Counted from the first letter of the whole stretch, positions 39,341-52,954 are shown. The stretch: DNA of 63,955 bases, filler included, from Reticulomyxa filosa (GCA_000512085.1; 24 parts of 24 records of this genome joined end to end with filler, not necessarily neighbours in it), one strand, 5' to 3'. Program-made: numbers and translations. The notes: generated by a model not told the origin, from the letters alone.

Positions 39341-40588
39341 TTTCAGCTTGTGGCTGTTGGATGATAACAAAAAGTAAAAAAGTATACTGGGTTTTTATTT
39401 TATTTTGGAGCTTTTTTACACTTTAGAAAATACTCCATTTTTTTTTTGGAAAGAGATTTTTTACAATTTTAAAAGTTTAATGAATTTATTTGTAGAAGAA
39501 AACAAATATAATACGAGAAATAGATTTCTTCTTGACCAAAGTGCAAAATATTATTAAAGAAAATATTTGAATAATAATTCATGTTTGTTTCATAAAAAAT
39601 CAAACTACCTTTTTTTGGAGTCACTCTAATTAATGTTAGATTTTTTTTAGAACAAGTCAAATACGTAATAACTGTTTTGGTTACAATGAAATTCATTAAT
39701 TTAGATTTGCTACTGTTTCATTTTGAATAAAAAAGAATTGTATCAGAAATTCATAATTGACATTTAACAAAATAAGTTTTATTTGCTTATTATATTTATT
39801 CACCAATAAAAAATCTACTCCTTTTTTTAGACTTTGATAATTTTTGTCATTTTTTTTATAATTGCAATTTGTGGCACTGAACTGACGTCTGATGATAAAT
39901 AACGTCAATTAAATTTAATTTTTTGAAATTGCATTTACTGAATTTGTAGTTGAGGCAGAGTATTATCCAAAATATTTGGAGATAGTTGTTTTTTTTTAAG
40001 AAAAACAAAAGTTTTATAGAACATTCTTTTGTTCAGTTAGTAGTACAAAAAAAAACTTTAAGAAAGTTTTCTGTTCAACTCCAGTTTTTTAAAAACCCTT
40101 AGTCCGTTCTCCACACCCCTTTTTTGAGATATGCTTTGTATAATTAAAAAATTGTGACAAAAAGATTCATTTGAATTTAATTCTAAATTACATAAAGTAA
40201 CGATTGTATTAATTTGTGTTATGATTTTATTCGTATTTGGGGGAAAACAGAAGTTTTTTTAGTGATTTGAATTTTTTTTTTATTAAAAACAAAAACTCGC
40301 ATTTGGGGATGAACACACGAAAAAAGAACGTGATTCAATTAATATTCAATATTTGATTATATGTTGTTTGTTAATTGGACCTTTAAATGAACCATAACAT
40401 AATTAACACCACTTAATTTTTGTCTATCATTCTTTCTTTTCTTTTTTGATAGCACAAATTAAAACATACATTTAGTTATAAAGCAAGTCTGTAAAGAGTA
40501 TTTTTGACAACCCCATTTAGTGAGAGTGAAAAAAGTTCATATAGTTTTCATCTTACATCATCAAAGAAAATTTCAGGTGTTAAAAAGA

Positions 40589-40802
40589 ATGCTTACTTTT
40601 GAAAAGGAAAAAACTTCACCGAAACAAGAATTGGTAAGCTTTCAGTTCAATTCTTTAGAAAAATTAGTTTTTTCATTGTATTTACTTGTGATTGAATCAG
40701 TCCGAAGAAGAAGAGAATCAATTGATTATTGAACATTGGGCTCGAACATTAAAAATTAAATTAGGATGGATCAAAGATTTTGACAGAATTATTATTAAAT
40801 AT
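40589..40802 (+). CDS. 5' exons of a probable WD40/Kelch-family gene
   Basis: ATG 40589, intron 40634-40700, then SEEEENQLIIEHWARTLKIKLGWIKDFDRIIIKY. I recall this N-terminal motif from foraminiferan WD40/Kelch families. Truncated by contig end. Confidence 0.6.
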
Positions 40803-40988
40803 GTTAAATATTTATCTGTTAATTTGTTTTNNNNNNNNNNNNNNNNNNNNNNNNNNNNNNNNNNNNNNNNNNNNTTAATTAATTAANNNNNNNNNNNNNN
40901 NNNNNNNNNNNNNNNNNNNNNNNNNNNNNNTAATAATAATAATAATAATAATAATAACAATGATAAAAAACGCAAGTACTTAATTGAC

Positions 40989-42283
40989 TTGGAATGGTTT
41001 AAGAGTGAGGACAAAGAGATGGCTTATTATCATTCGATTTCGAGTTTGGTTTCAACGGTGTACGACTTGATGGAACAAACTCGGATTGAACCGAACGAGT
41101 ACACGTTGATTCGGACCATTCAAATACTTGCTTTTGTCGGCAAGTGGAAGGAGTGTGTTTTGTACTGGGATCGATTGTTGGACCTTCGAAAGCGAGAGCG
41201 TCAACATAGCAGAGTCAACAACAGTAATAATAACAGTAACAATAACAGTAACAGTAACAGCGACAGTAACAGCGACAGTGACAGTGGACGTAACGATGAA
41301 AAGGGGAATGATGTAATCGATCAAAAGCAAAACAAGACAAAAAAGCAAGTGAAAAAGATCTTTGGCATTTGTAATGACACCATTGTGAACAATTATTTGA
41401 TCAGCGCTTTTTTAAATGATATCACTTTTCAATTGGATGATGATGTCAAAAAAACCACGGAACAAAAGCAAGCTGAATATGGAAAAGAAAAAGACTCGTC
41501 TTGGATGTTACATCACTTTGATCACATTATTTCTATTTACGACAATCAAATTAAAAAACAACTGCTCTCTGCGGATCACAATACTTTCCATTTATTACTT
41601 CATGCGATGATTGGCAAACAATGGCTTCTTATTCAATCATTAGAAAAACAACAACAGCAACAAGAATCGGACTTCAATATCAACGCCGTTGTTGATGCTA
41701 TGAACACTTGTGTCCAATATTTAGACGTTTTGTTTCAAGACTTTCAAAATTATTACTTACTGCAGACTTGTCCCGATTGGCTGTTTCATTATTGGTTGCA
41801 ATGCTATGCTGTCAATCAATGCTTCTGGCTAATCTTATCCGACCCTGCCAATGCCTCTCTGCTCCCTGTTCAATCCCAAAGCCTTCGGACAATATACTAA
41901 CCCAAGCATTGGTGGATCGAAAAAACTCAGAGTGTCTTGAAAAAATCGAGCGGATTTATACTCGATATCACACTCTTCACACAAATGCAAGTGCCACCAA
42001 ATCTGTGCCTTACTTTGAAATCAATTTGTGCCAGATTCCAATTGACTTTGAGGAGTGTCTCATATTTATCTTACGATTTCAACTGAAATTGTTTTTTAGT
42101 GATCATTTCGCTGAAAACGATAAACCGCTGTTGAAGATCTTGCTTGCCAACAATGCATTGGCAAAACAAATCACACAAAAAATTATTAATGAACTTACAG
42201 ATTGTCAAATTCCACAAGAGAAGATTTCCACAACACAGAGTTTAGATAACACGCAAACTGTGGAAATTTCTGTGAAATTTTGA
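40989..42283 (+). CDS. Pentatricopeptide-repeat-like protein, 3' part; -1 frameshift near 41878
   Basis: LMEQTRIEPNEYTLIRTIQILAFVGKWKECVLYWDRL and SADHNTFHLLLHAM are PPR-like. An (NS/DS)n insertion lies at 41218-41290. Confidence 0.6.
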
Positions 42284-43347
42284 ATTATCTTCCGTGTTGT
42301 TTTGTCTGCTTACAATCAGTTCAATTGTTTTCTTTTCCAAAAGGAGTAAATTCAAAACTTTCAACTTTCAACAAACACTAAAATCAAACAAGCAAATATA
42401 AGTCCTTTTTGCATTGTGCTTATAAGCCCAAAAGATTCGGAAGGGACCCGTATTTCAAAAAAACTCAATTAATTTTTTTTTCTTCTTTTTATGTTTGCGT
42501 TTGCTTTCAGTATACAGTTCAATGTCGGATCACAATTTGTTTTCATTACATATTCATAAAACATTAAGAAATATAGAATGAAAAACAACCCAGCTTTTGT
42601 AAACTCTAGTAATTGAACTTACTCTAGACCAAATGGCTTAACAAAGATTGGAAACAAATATAACTTTTTTTTAGTTTGGGACATATTTATACTGCATCAA
42701 CACTCCTTAAATTTGAAAAACAAAAATCTGAGGCTACCCTAATCACCTTCTATTCATGGTGCGTTACAGTTAACATCTAATTTCGCGTAACGATGGAAGA
42801 TTACTTCACTCTTTCAAATAGAACATTCAAAATTTTGAAAAATGCACAAAACAAGCAATAAATGGCTGAATATTTTTTAAAAAAATGCTTTCACACCCGT
42901 TGATTAATAAGCTTCCCAACTGCAATACGACCCCTTTGTATTTTTTAAAAAGTATAACGATGTACTGATTATTGCCAAACATTAATACATATCTACATTT
43001 TAAAATCCAGCGTATTTTACCAATGGAAAAAACAATTGCTCAAGAAAAAAAAAGTTTTGTAAATTAATTCCGTTCAAATATTTTACTAGGTGCAAAAATA
43101 ACGCATTTTTCAAGACTAGATGCAATGCTACAACTGATAAACATTAAAATAACACCAAAATGTGTTCAAATCAACACAAAAAAAACATCGAAAATTAAGT
43201 CAATTTTTTTTTTTTTTTTTTTTTTTTAGCGAACCAAACACATAAAANNNNNNNNNNNNNNNNNNNNNNNNNNNNNNNNNNNNNNNNNNNNTTAATTAAT
43301 TAANNNNNNNNNNNNNNNNNNNNNNNNNNNNNNNNNNNNNNNNNNNN

Positions 43348-44328
43348 CCCAGCCATTGGTATGTAGCTGTCGTTGGAGTACGTAACCAAAGGTCAGAGAT
43401 ATAGCCGCAACACTGCCGACTAAGATTCGCAAGAAGGCAATCATCCAACTGCTATAGATACATATAAACCTGCTCTTTTTGCAACATATTCTGAATACAC
43501 TACATATACTTGCAACACATGTCCATAATAAAAAAATAATAATAGAGGCCGCGCACAGCAAAGGCCAAAAAATTAAAATCCAGCAAAAATTGCCATAACA
43601 CTTGTCAGGTGTGTGCTCTTCAAAAAATAAAAAAGGGTTTGTCACTATCTTTGGATAATCTCCACTTCTTATGATATGATTCCACGTGAAATTTGCTCTC
43701 CCATTCCGACACAATAAACTGCAATCGTGCAAGATCATAAAAAAACAATACAATAAGGTAAGCACCAAAACCCATATCCACATGTTATTCATTGTATTAA
43801 AATCAAACAATGTTTTATCGTGATCATGCAACTTAGCAATTTCATGACAATTCCACGACGAATATAAAGCCGTCTCTGATTCCGGAGTCGTCTCAATTTC
43901 AGAGTTGTTATACAACAATGTTTCATTTTGTGCCAAAGATGCCATTTCCTGAGCCATATTGTTACAATATCTCTCTGCGTTATTTGTGAAAACGTCTTCT
44001 GGCGTGCATATAATTCCATCATATACCTTATCCTGGCTGTCGTAGTGAAGGACTTTCACTCCATCCACAGTTGCATAAAAATGTGTATACAGTTGACACC
44101 GACGCTGCTAGGAACACTCCAGAAAACACAATTTGCAAATATGAACCTTTTCGATGGCAAAACTCTGCATAACACGTCTCTTTTGGTTTTGGAATTTTGA
44201 CTTGTGACTGTAAAGACGTTAAGTTCATGTCTCGGACTTTGTCAAAAAAAAGTTTATTTTTTCTAAGTTCTACTGTCAAGGTTTTTAATTTCTTTAAATA
44301 TCTTCTTATTCAATTCGACAGCATCCAT
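43348..44328 (-). CDS. Multi-pass membrane protein (3' truncated, 5' part frameshifted)
   Basis: Hydrophobic helices MWIWVLVLTLLYCFFMIL, WILIFWPLLCAASIIIFLLWTCVASICSVF and WMIAFLRILVGSVAAISLTFGYVL. Confidence 0.6.
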
Positions 44329-44791
44329 TTTTTTTTTTTTTTACAATATTCATCATAAGGATAATTTACTTTCTCTGTGAAAAATCAATGTCAATCCAAA
44401 TTTTTTTGGTATGTTGATAGTCTGCAGACTCACAAAAGAGGTTAGAATTTGCAAATAGATATAGGATTTAACACTTTTGCAAAGTGATCAAGGTACTAAC
44501 AGCGTGAATTTGTCAACTCTTTTCTCCAGATCAATTTTTTGATCACTTTTATTCTCTTATTTATTCAATTTTTGTTTTTTATTGAATCAACAGAAGAAGA
44601 GAACTATTCGTATTACACCCAAGCGTACGATCTGGTGTGTTAAAGTATTTTTTTAATGTTGCGTGTAAAAAAAGGTCTATGTAATCATTTCNNNNNNNNN
44701 NNNNNNNNNNNNNNNNNNNNNNNNNNNNNNNNNNNTTAATTAATTAANNNNNNNNNNNNNNNNNNNNNNNNNNNNNNNNNNNNNNNNNNNN

Positions 44792-46825
44792 CACTTTGTC
44801 TTCATTGCCATTTGCACAAACAAACTTGCACGTGGCCGATGTGATGGTATCGTCTTTGACCAGTTCAAACAAGTGCGATAGCATGTCTTTGACAAAGTTT
44901 ACAAACAATTCGAATGCCCTCACATTTGCAGTGTATTTGAATATAATATCCGTCCATAAAATATATTTGAAGCAATAGGCCAAGCCTGTTTTCAACACGT
45001 GAGCGTTTTGCGAAGCTAGTCTTTCTTCACGGAGTTCTTCTTGCGTTTGGTGGTCAGTGGACTGAAATATCAGTTCAATGTTCTCATTATTCCCACTGTG
45101 TTTCTGGTCTTCTACGTATACTACTGTCTGTTCTTCCGGTGTATTGTACTTGTTTTCAGTAGTATTACTCAAATCACTAGATGCGAGTTTGTTGAGACTA
45201 AGTTCTATCTCTTTAATATATTGTTTCACAGGACTGTGTGACAGTGGATTGTTTTTTCGCACATTATTTAAAAAAAGGGCAATGCCAAGCCCTTTTTTGG
45301 CCGATCCATCACGATCACTACTATCATCATATTTCTTTTCATTTTCCGATCGTTCTTCGGTGTTTGGTGATTGTGCTTTTTCATCCTCGATCAATTGCAA
45401 GGTAGTTTCACCAGTATTATCATCCCTTGGCACAGCTGTCTCATCCTTAATGTCATCACATTGAGTTGATAGCATATCAGAAATGCATAGATCTTCGCGC
45501 TTGGTCTCAACTTCCCATGTCAGTGTGGGCACACATATCATCGTATCGAACACCTCATTCCACAGCGTCCAATCCACCGATTTCTGTGCAAGATACTGTT
45601 GTACACACTCAATGTCCTCTGTATTCCAAAAGTCACCGTCGAGGGCCATCTTTTGTTGCTGCGATTTCACCTCGCTGATAAAGAGATCCAAATAAGTGCG
45701 GGGGAGTTTGTAAAAGTCGGGATAGGACAGCAACTGTAACATGTTGCGATGAAAGTGCGAAGCAGACTCAGCTGTGCCGTCTAAAAAACCATGCTGAAGC
45801 CATCCTTGCAAAGATGCTTGCAGCAACTTCTCCCATAAATGGTCATGTTTGGTTGTGCGACGAAACTGTTGCAACCACAGTGAGTGATATTCCACGTTGC
45901 TTTGCAGTTTCAGAAGAATGCTGTTCGTCAAGCGTTTCACTGTGTCTTTGATGTCATTGTCCTTAAATGCCACGTGTGTCCAAAGGATATCCAATAAGAT
46001 TGGCATTCCTTCATGTGACACATTCTCTGTGTTTAGACATACCTCCACCGTTTTCAGAACTTTACTCTCTTCTGTCCAAATCTTAGTCTCTTTCAACACA
46101 AAGTCCTCAAAGAAGTGCTTCCATTGCTCCGACAATGACGACAAGGCAAGTACATGCATAAACTCCTTCGAATTGAACAAAGTGAAAAATAGCTGCATGT
46201 TTTCGCTCAATAATTTTTCATTTTCCAATTTTTGCAAAAATGTATGCCACTTTTCAAAGTCGCTTCGAAATAGATTCAATATCACTTTGCTAAATAGTGC
46301 ATGGCTGAACACATTTCTCCATACTTCTGTTTTCGGACACTCTTGTCCCAACAGAAAGTTTAGAATTTTCTCGGAACATTCTTTTTCTTCATTGTCATCA
46401 CAAACCGCCATCAAATCGACCAAATGCCTTTCCACGGGGATCTGGTTACATTTTTTGGTCGTTCTTACCACCAAATCGACTTTCAATATACTTATTGCTT
46501 TTTCTGCTATCGATTTATCGTCAATGTGCGCAAAATTTATTTTTGTCACACATTCAGATGCAGGGCCTGTCTCATATCCAAATGCCGAACAATAGTTAAA
46601 ACATGGAACAAGAGTCAGCTTTTCCATCGGATCAAGATCTCCACCACCACACAATGCACGATACTGCTCCTTTAGCACATCCTTTACGTCCTTGGGTGGC
46701 TCATTGTTGCACTGTTTTGCCGTAATGTGCACTGCATCTAACAATGTGGCCGATGACAAGTTGTGATTACAAGGCTCTTGCAATAGCTTTCTTAGAAATG
46801 CAAAGCGATATACCTTACATATCAA
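44792..46825 (-). CDS. Large alpha-helical hypothetical protein, internal exon
   Basis: About 678 uninterrupted codons spanning the whole contig. No motif recognised. Confidence 0.8.
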
Positions 46826-46934
46826 AAAAAAAAANNNNNNNNNNNNNNNNNNNNNNNNNNNNNNNNNNNNNNNNNNNNTTAATTAATTAANNNNNNNNNN
46901 NNNNNNNNNNNNNNNNNNNNNNNNNNNNNNNNNN

Positions 46935-47961
46935 GAAGAAGAAGAAGAAGAAGAAGAGGAAAAAGATGGTGATGATGACAAAGAAGATGGTAATGGTGGT
47001 GATACAGGAAAAGACAATGAAAACCAAGACAAAGGAAATTCGAAAAACAAATCGTCTTCAAAAAAGAAAGAAAAAGATAACCAAAACAAAAAAACCTCGA
47101 AAAGCAAGCCGAAAAGTCCAACTTCACAGCGCAACAATAACAATAGTAACAAAACGGCCAAACGCGACAAAACTCCTCCGAAACAAAAAGCATCTGCTTC
47201 TCCTTCTCCTTCTCCTTCCAAGCCTTCCAAAAAGTCGATGCATGCGGACGAAGGTCCAGCCACTGGTAAAAACAACTCCGAAAAAGGATCATCTAACAAG
47301 TCTTTGCAAAAGGCCGCCTCGCAGCCATCCTCCAATTCAAATCCAGTTCCACAAGAGTATGTTTTTTCATTGTTGTTTGTCTATACATATAATATGTACA
47401 GTATATTTGTATATACCCTTCTTTTCTTCAAAGTTCAACCATCCAAAATTTCAGAGTGACCTTTTTGATGTATCAAAAAAAAAAAAAATTTTAAAAGGAG
47501 TCAAAAACGTGCAAAACATTGAAATATATAATACAATATAATATAATATAATATAATATAATATAATATAATATAATATATGATATAAATATAAATATAA
47601 ATATAGAAATAGTGTAAAAGACATAATAAAACTCCCCGAACATTACCAGCCATCTACCTATCCAAATTTACTCGGACCAGGGAAATGGTATCACTTTGAG
47701 GAAAGCACTACCAACTGGTGTCCCGTGCACGATGGTCTGCAAAAATATTTTGATGATAGTTATGTCCAAGCCACTAATAGCAAAAACAATAAATCCAAGG
47801 AGTTTACGTTTCGTGACGTTAGCTATTGTCTCATTTTTGAGCTGCGCGAACAAACCCCTTTTGGCAGACAGCAAGTCGTCTCTAACTCCTCCCGGTTCCG
47901 TATGATCATTCGAAAAGAACCTGAGCAAGGGAAAATCAATAATATCAACGTCACCGAATGA
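46935..47961 (+). CDS. Low-complexity protein with C-terminal WWE domain (5' truncated)
   Basis: Exon 46935-47356 (E/K/S-rich), intron 47357-47606, then KWYHFEESTTNWCPVHDGLQKYFDDSY...EFTFRDVSYCLIF...GRQQVVSNSSRFRMIIR, which follows the WWE pattern W..W..(E/D)xxY..Y..Q..RxRxxR. Confidence 0.7.
47533..47580. repeat. (AATAT)n intronic microsatellite
   Basis: Directly visible. Confidence 0.9.
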
Positions 47962-48444
47962 TACTTTGCCAACTATTTCTTTTGTTTTGTTTTGTTTGTT
48001 TGTTTGTTTTTCCCCGCTCTCTCCTCAATTCAATCCTTTTTTCGTTAAACACAGACATTGAGTACTACGCAGAGTTCAAAATTGTCATTGCTCATGGATC
48101 GTATTTGTTGTCTCAACATTTTCCTCATTTGTTAGTTCTTCCTTTGTTTCTTTCTCTCCTGCTGCAGGGAGACAAAAAACAATAAAATAGAATAAAATAA
48201 TGAATATTGTAACTACCAGGTTTAAAAAAAAAAAGGAGTGATTAAAAAAAAAGACATTGTTTGTTTTNNNNNNNNNNNNNNNNNNNNNNNNNNNNNNNNN
48301 NNNNNNNNNNNTTAATTAATTAANNNNNNNNNNNNNNNNNNNNNNNNNNNNNNNNNNNNNNNNNNNNATAATAATAATAATAATAATAATAATAATATTA
48401 ATATTAATAGCTTTCGTCAACACTTTTTTCATGACAATTCTGCA

Positions 48445-49856
48445 ATGGATAATGCGCTTGCTCTCTTCTCATTTTCTGTGTCCAGCAAAGGCTTTGAAAA
48501 CACGAGGAAACGAAATGGCTTTTTCCCCGCTTTCATTGTGCCGACAAAGGATGTCAGCTCCACTTTGTACACGCCCGTGAGACTGCAAGAGCAGCGACAC
48601 GACGTGTTTGATAGGCCGAGACTTGGCGGCACAAAGCACAGACTTGAGGACAGAGAAGACGTGTGGGCCGATCCTGCCGTCGCCGTCGCCGTTACCGAAC
48701 ATAGCTCGAAACGTCCTCGCTTGATGATGCATCATGGTGGTGGTGGTGGTGGTGGTGGTGATGGTGAGGGTGCGCATAATAACAGCAACAACAACGACGA
48801 CCAATGGTTTTCGTCTCTTCCTTTACTTGCCCCGGGCGATGTCAAGACTTCTGCTTCCTCTTGTTTAGTCTCTTCTTTTGTCCCCCCCCCCTCTTCGACA
48901 CTTCAGCATTCCCACATTTCGTCATCATCATCATCATCGTCGTCGTCGTCGTCGTCATCTCCTCCGTTGCAGTTCTTCATGGCAGAGCTACCCTCGCTCG
49001 AAGCGACCACATTCGGAATCAATGGCGAGGAGAGCCATTTGAAAATAGAGCCATTCCTACCCCTTTCGTATGACCATGACCATGATCATCGTCATGAGCG
49101 CGGTCATGATCACGACCATCGCCAGGTACGTAACCATCGCGTCGACCGTAACAGTCCTAGTCGCAGTCCACTGCCTTTCGAGGGAAAGGTACGTACTCCT
49201 TCTTGCACAAATGGACGTATGTCGCCAGGGAAAACAGCAAACAGTCATGACGCAGTCAAGGACAAAGATAAAGATAAAGATAGAAATAAAGAAAAAGAGA
49301 TGAATGGCACTTTGGATGCAAAAAAAAAAACAATGAACACAACGAGTTGCTACATATGTGCGAAACGATTCAAATTCCCAACTTATTTGAACACTTACTC
49401 GAGTTGGATTGCAACACGCCAAGTGATGTTTCTGACTTGCTTCGGGATGATGAAAAGATGAACCTGCTATTGAAACGCTGTTGTTTGGACCCGTTGAGAG
49501 GATTAGCTGTGCAATGTCTGATGAAATCATTTATTGAAAATACACAGACAATGACAACAACAACAACAACAACAACGACAGCTGCAACAGAAAGGGAACA
49601 CAAACACGACAACGAATCCAGTTATTCCTCCTCTGTTGTTACCACCACAAACAGTAACACTACCTCCGTCCATGTATCGACGTTACGAGATAACATTCCT
49701 CTCAACCCAAACCAATGCTATCGAGAGAGAGACCAAATCTATTTGGAAGAAGTGGCTGAGAAACAAACTATTGAAAAACAAATTGAAGAGGTGGAGAAAA
49801 AGATCCTTGTAAAACAAACTAATCTCCAACTACTTCATTGGGGAACTGTTGTTTGA
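48445..49856 (+). CDS. Low-complexity protein with SAM-like domain and C-terminal coiled coil; -1 frameshift in the A-run at about 49320-49330
   Basis: Poly-G/S/HD tracts. After the shift it reads ELLHMCETIQIPNLFEHLLELDCNTPSDVSDLL...LLLKRCCLDPLRGLAVQCLMK (SAM-like helical pattern). Confidence 0.6.
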
Positions 49857-51272
49857 GAAACATTTTTTTTTCTTTTTTTCAAAAAAAATTTTTTCTTTCC
49901 TAACTTTTTTTTCTCCAAACTTTTTTTTCTTTTTGTTAACTCGTTAACCTTGTTTTATTTTTTTCACTTTTTTGTTGGATTGGTTATTCGTTTTTTGCAT
50001 GATTTTTGATTTGATTCGATTTTGTTTGTAATGCTTTTTTTTCTAAGCGGCCAAATCTTTGAAGTTGAAATCATTCATTTGCACTTTCAATAACAAAAGC
50101 GGCATCTCCGGGTAGATTACTGCTACGCTTTGTTGACACGTTTGTGAAGACAATATTTGTCAAAGGCTACTTATTTATTGTCATCAAACTTAATCCACAA
50201 GCAAGCATATATTTGTAGTAGAGTTTAGTCGTTATCCTTTGGCTAATGTGATCGACAACTCCTAAAAGCAATTCTTAGAACTAATTGTTGTTGAAAATAT
50301 TTCTTAAACATCACAAAGTTTTGAAAATTAACAAATTACAATGTTTTTAACCTTCAAAACTTTTATTTCGATTGAATTTAGGTTTTTGAAATAAACTGTA
50401 AAAGAATATTTGCAATTTTCTTTCTAAATTGTGTTTAAAGGTGGTCAATGCATTTTGGATTTAAAAACAATTTTTTTACAAAATGTTAGTTGTCGATTGC
50501 TTTTGATAAGATAGGTTGTAATACATTTTGTTACTTCGAGAAGTCATCAGTTTTGATTCCGACACTAACATTTTGTGCGGATGCGTACTAATTTGCTACG
50601 TTGTCGTACAAACTTAGGAACGTCTCTGCAACAACTTGTTACTCAAAAGTAGCATAATATTTGCCTTCTTTAGCAAATTTCAACGCAAAGAAAAAATTTT
50701 TGGATAAAAGTAAAAGTGTTAGGCAAGATTGACGAGAAAAAAGTTTTAAGAGCAAAGATTCCTAGGAACTTCTCTTGGTGCTCGTCTCATTTATTAACTT
50801 TTTCACGAGCTCGACACAATTTGTTGTCAAGGCGTAGGCTTTCGTATTAAATAAACGAAATGATTACTTTGAAAATTAGAAAGATAATAATGGCAACGAC
50901 AAAACAGACATTGGCTAATATTAAACCCTTCGATAATAGTGAAATGAAGAAATACACGCGAGTTTTCCTGTGTCGAGACATACAAAACAAGCAAGACCTG
51001 GCAATTCAGCAAATAGAAAAATGAAAACTTTGCTTCGATATCAGTCACAAAGAAACGTCTCAACTACAAAACCACCAAGCATCAAATACTTCAACACAGG
51101 AAAACATTTTGTGTAAGCTAAACGGAAGAAAAACTTTTCTTATTTTTTAATNNNNNNNNNNNNNNNNNNNNNNNNNNNNNNNNNNNNNNNNNNNNTTAAT
51201 TAATTAANNNNNNNNNNNNNNNNNNNNNNNNNNNNNNNNNNNNNNNNNNNNTATGTATATATGTGTGTATAG

Positions 51273-52514
51273 CTATCCTTCGAGACGTGTGTCGGATATA
51301 GTCGTAGAGCCTTATAATGCAATCTGTTCAGTGCCACATTTGACTGAAAATTGCGATATGAACTTTGTTGCGGACAACGAGGCCATTTTTAATATTTCCA
51401 ACAATGTTATTAAATGTGGTCGATCCATTGCACAGTTGGTTCGATTCAATCACAAATAAAAACTCAACGATACAAAAACTTTTTTTTTTTGGTCGATTGT
51501 ATATTCATATTATACTTGATGTGTTTTGTGTTGGGGGCAAATACTTTAGAACCATATCATAACATCGGCAATGTTAGGGGTGACATCATCATTGCGCTTC
51601 TCCGGCTGGCTCAATTGCGACTGCAGAAAACTGGCCACAAACTTAGTCCCCTTTCCGAGGCTCCATTATTTCTTGATGACAGAAGCGCCGTTGACATCCG
51701 ATCCCTCCAAACAAGTTTCTTTTTATTTTATTTTTTTAAAAAAAAAAAAAACAAAAACTATATATACAATATATATATATATATATATATGCACATACTC
51801 AATCGTGTTTTTTTTGTGGAATGTTGGTAAAGTATGACAACGCAGGGAATTTACGCGAGATTGTACAACAGATGATATCTCCTCAGTATTACTTTGCTCA
51901 AATTGATTCCAAGGAAGGTAAGTATTTGAGTGTGGCGTCCTTGTTCCGTGGAGAGTCTGCCACCAACGATTTGGAGGGTGAAACGCAAAAACTTCAAATG
52001 GAAATGGAGTCCCAATTTGTCAATTGGATTCCTGATCATTTCAAAATTTCGCACGTTCGTGTCCCCTCGCCCTCCATCTCCCTCAGCGCCACGTTTTTGG
52101 GAAATCACACTGGCATTCGCTCGTTATTTCAACGCATTTATCGGCAGTATTCGCCGTTGCTCAGGTTTTAATTGTGGAGTTTGTTTGTATGTGGTTTATA
52201 TGTCATCACACCACAAAAACGGTGAGCCTCTTTTTTTTTTTTTTTTTGTATGTTATTGCGAATATTGCATGTGCAGACGGAAAGCGTTCTTGCACAGCTA
52301 CAAAATGAATGGGATGGACGATCAAATGTTCTTTGAGTCCGAGTCGAGTGTCAAAGATTTGATTCAAGAGTATCAAGAGAAAAATGATGTTGTCATTGAA
52401 GTAGAGAAAGAAGAGGACAAGCCCTTGTCTTCTTCTTCTTCTTCCAAAAAAACTGAAACAACTTCCAGTGAGAAAGATTCTGCCCCTCCAAAAGCAGACA
52501 CGACTACACAGTAA
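51273..52514 (+). CDS. TUBB: Highly divergent beta-tubulin (foraminiferan type-2-like), 5' truncated
   Basis: Introns 51439-51549, 51715-51832 and 52165-52276 give [11 protein letters not shown]...DNEAI...[42 protein letters not shown]...GKYL...FRG...FVNWIP...[15 protein letters not shown]...[11 protein letters not shown]. It has Lys at the position equivalent to beta K254 (alpha has Glu). Confidence 0.92.
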
Positions 52515-52954
52515 ATTCATTAGTTCTTGCTTGTAAACGGTTACGAGCAAACCTTTTTTTTTAAAACCACTGTTTTTGGTTCAAGGTTTTAAAAGACCTT
52601 TTTTTTCTCAAATTTTTTTTCCTCTTATATTGGTTTGCTGCATTCGTTAAAATGGTTTTTTTTTACGTTTCTCCACCCAAAAACTTTGTCAAAACAGAGT
52701 TCCTTTTCTTACGTGTAGAAAGTTTCTTATGGCCTTAATATTGGCGTATCACTGATTAATATAAATGGAGATTTTGTTTTCAAAATTGTGATAACACATT
52801 TTTGTCTTTGATTTGCGCATTGGTTCAATAGAACACAAATAAAATAAAATATTTTTTCAGTTATTATTTTTTTTAGAAGCTGATTGACACCGAATTTTCA
52901 AATCAAAAAATGATATATTTCATCTAAAAAGTTGAAAAGTAAATGCGCTGAAAG

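Noticed and set aside
17598-47961. ART-like ORF plus WWE protein as an ADP-ribosylation system
   Set aside because: They are on separate contigs, and the ART assignment is itself tentative.
49347-49400. CYICAKRFKFPTYL resembling a C2H2 zinc finger
   Set aside because: There are no His ligands, and it lies downstream of an A-run frameshift. The other frame gives a longer, more coherent product.
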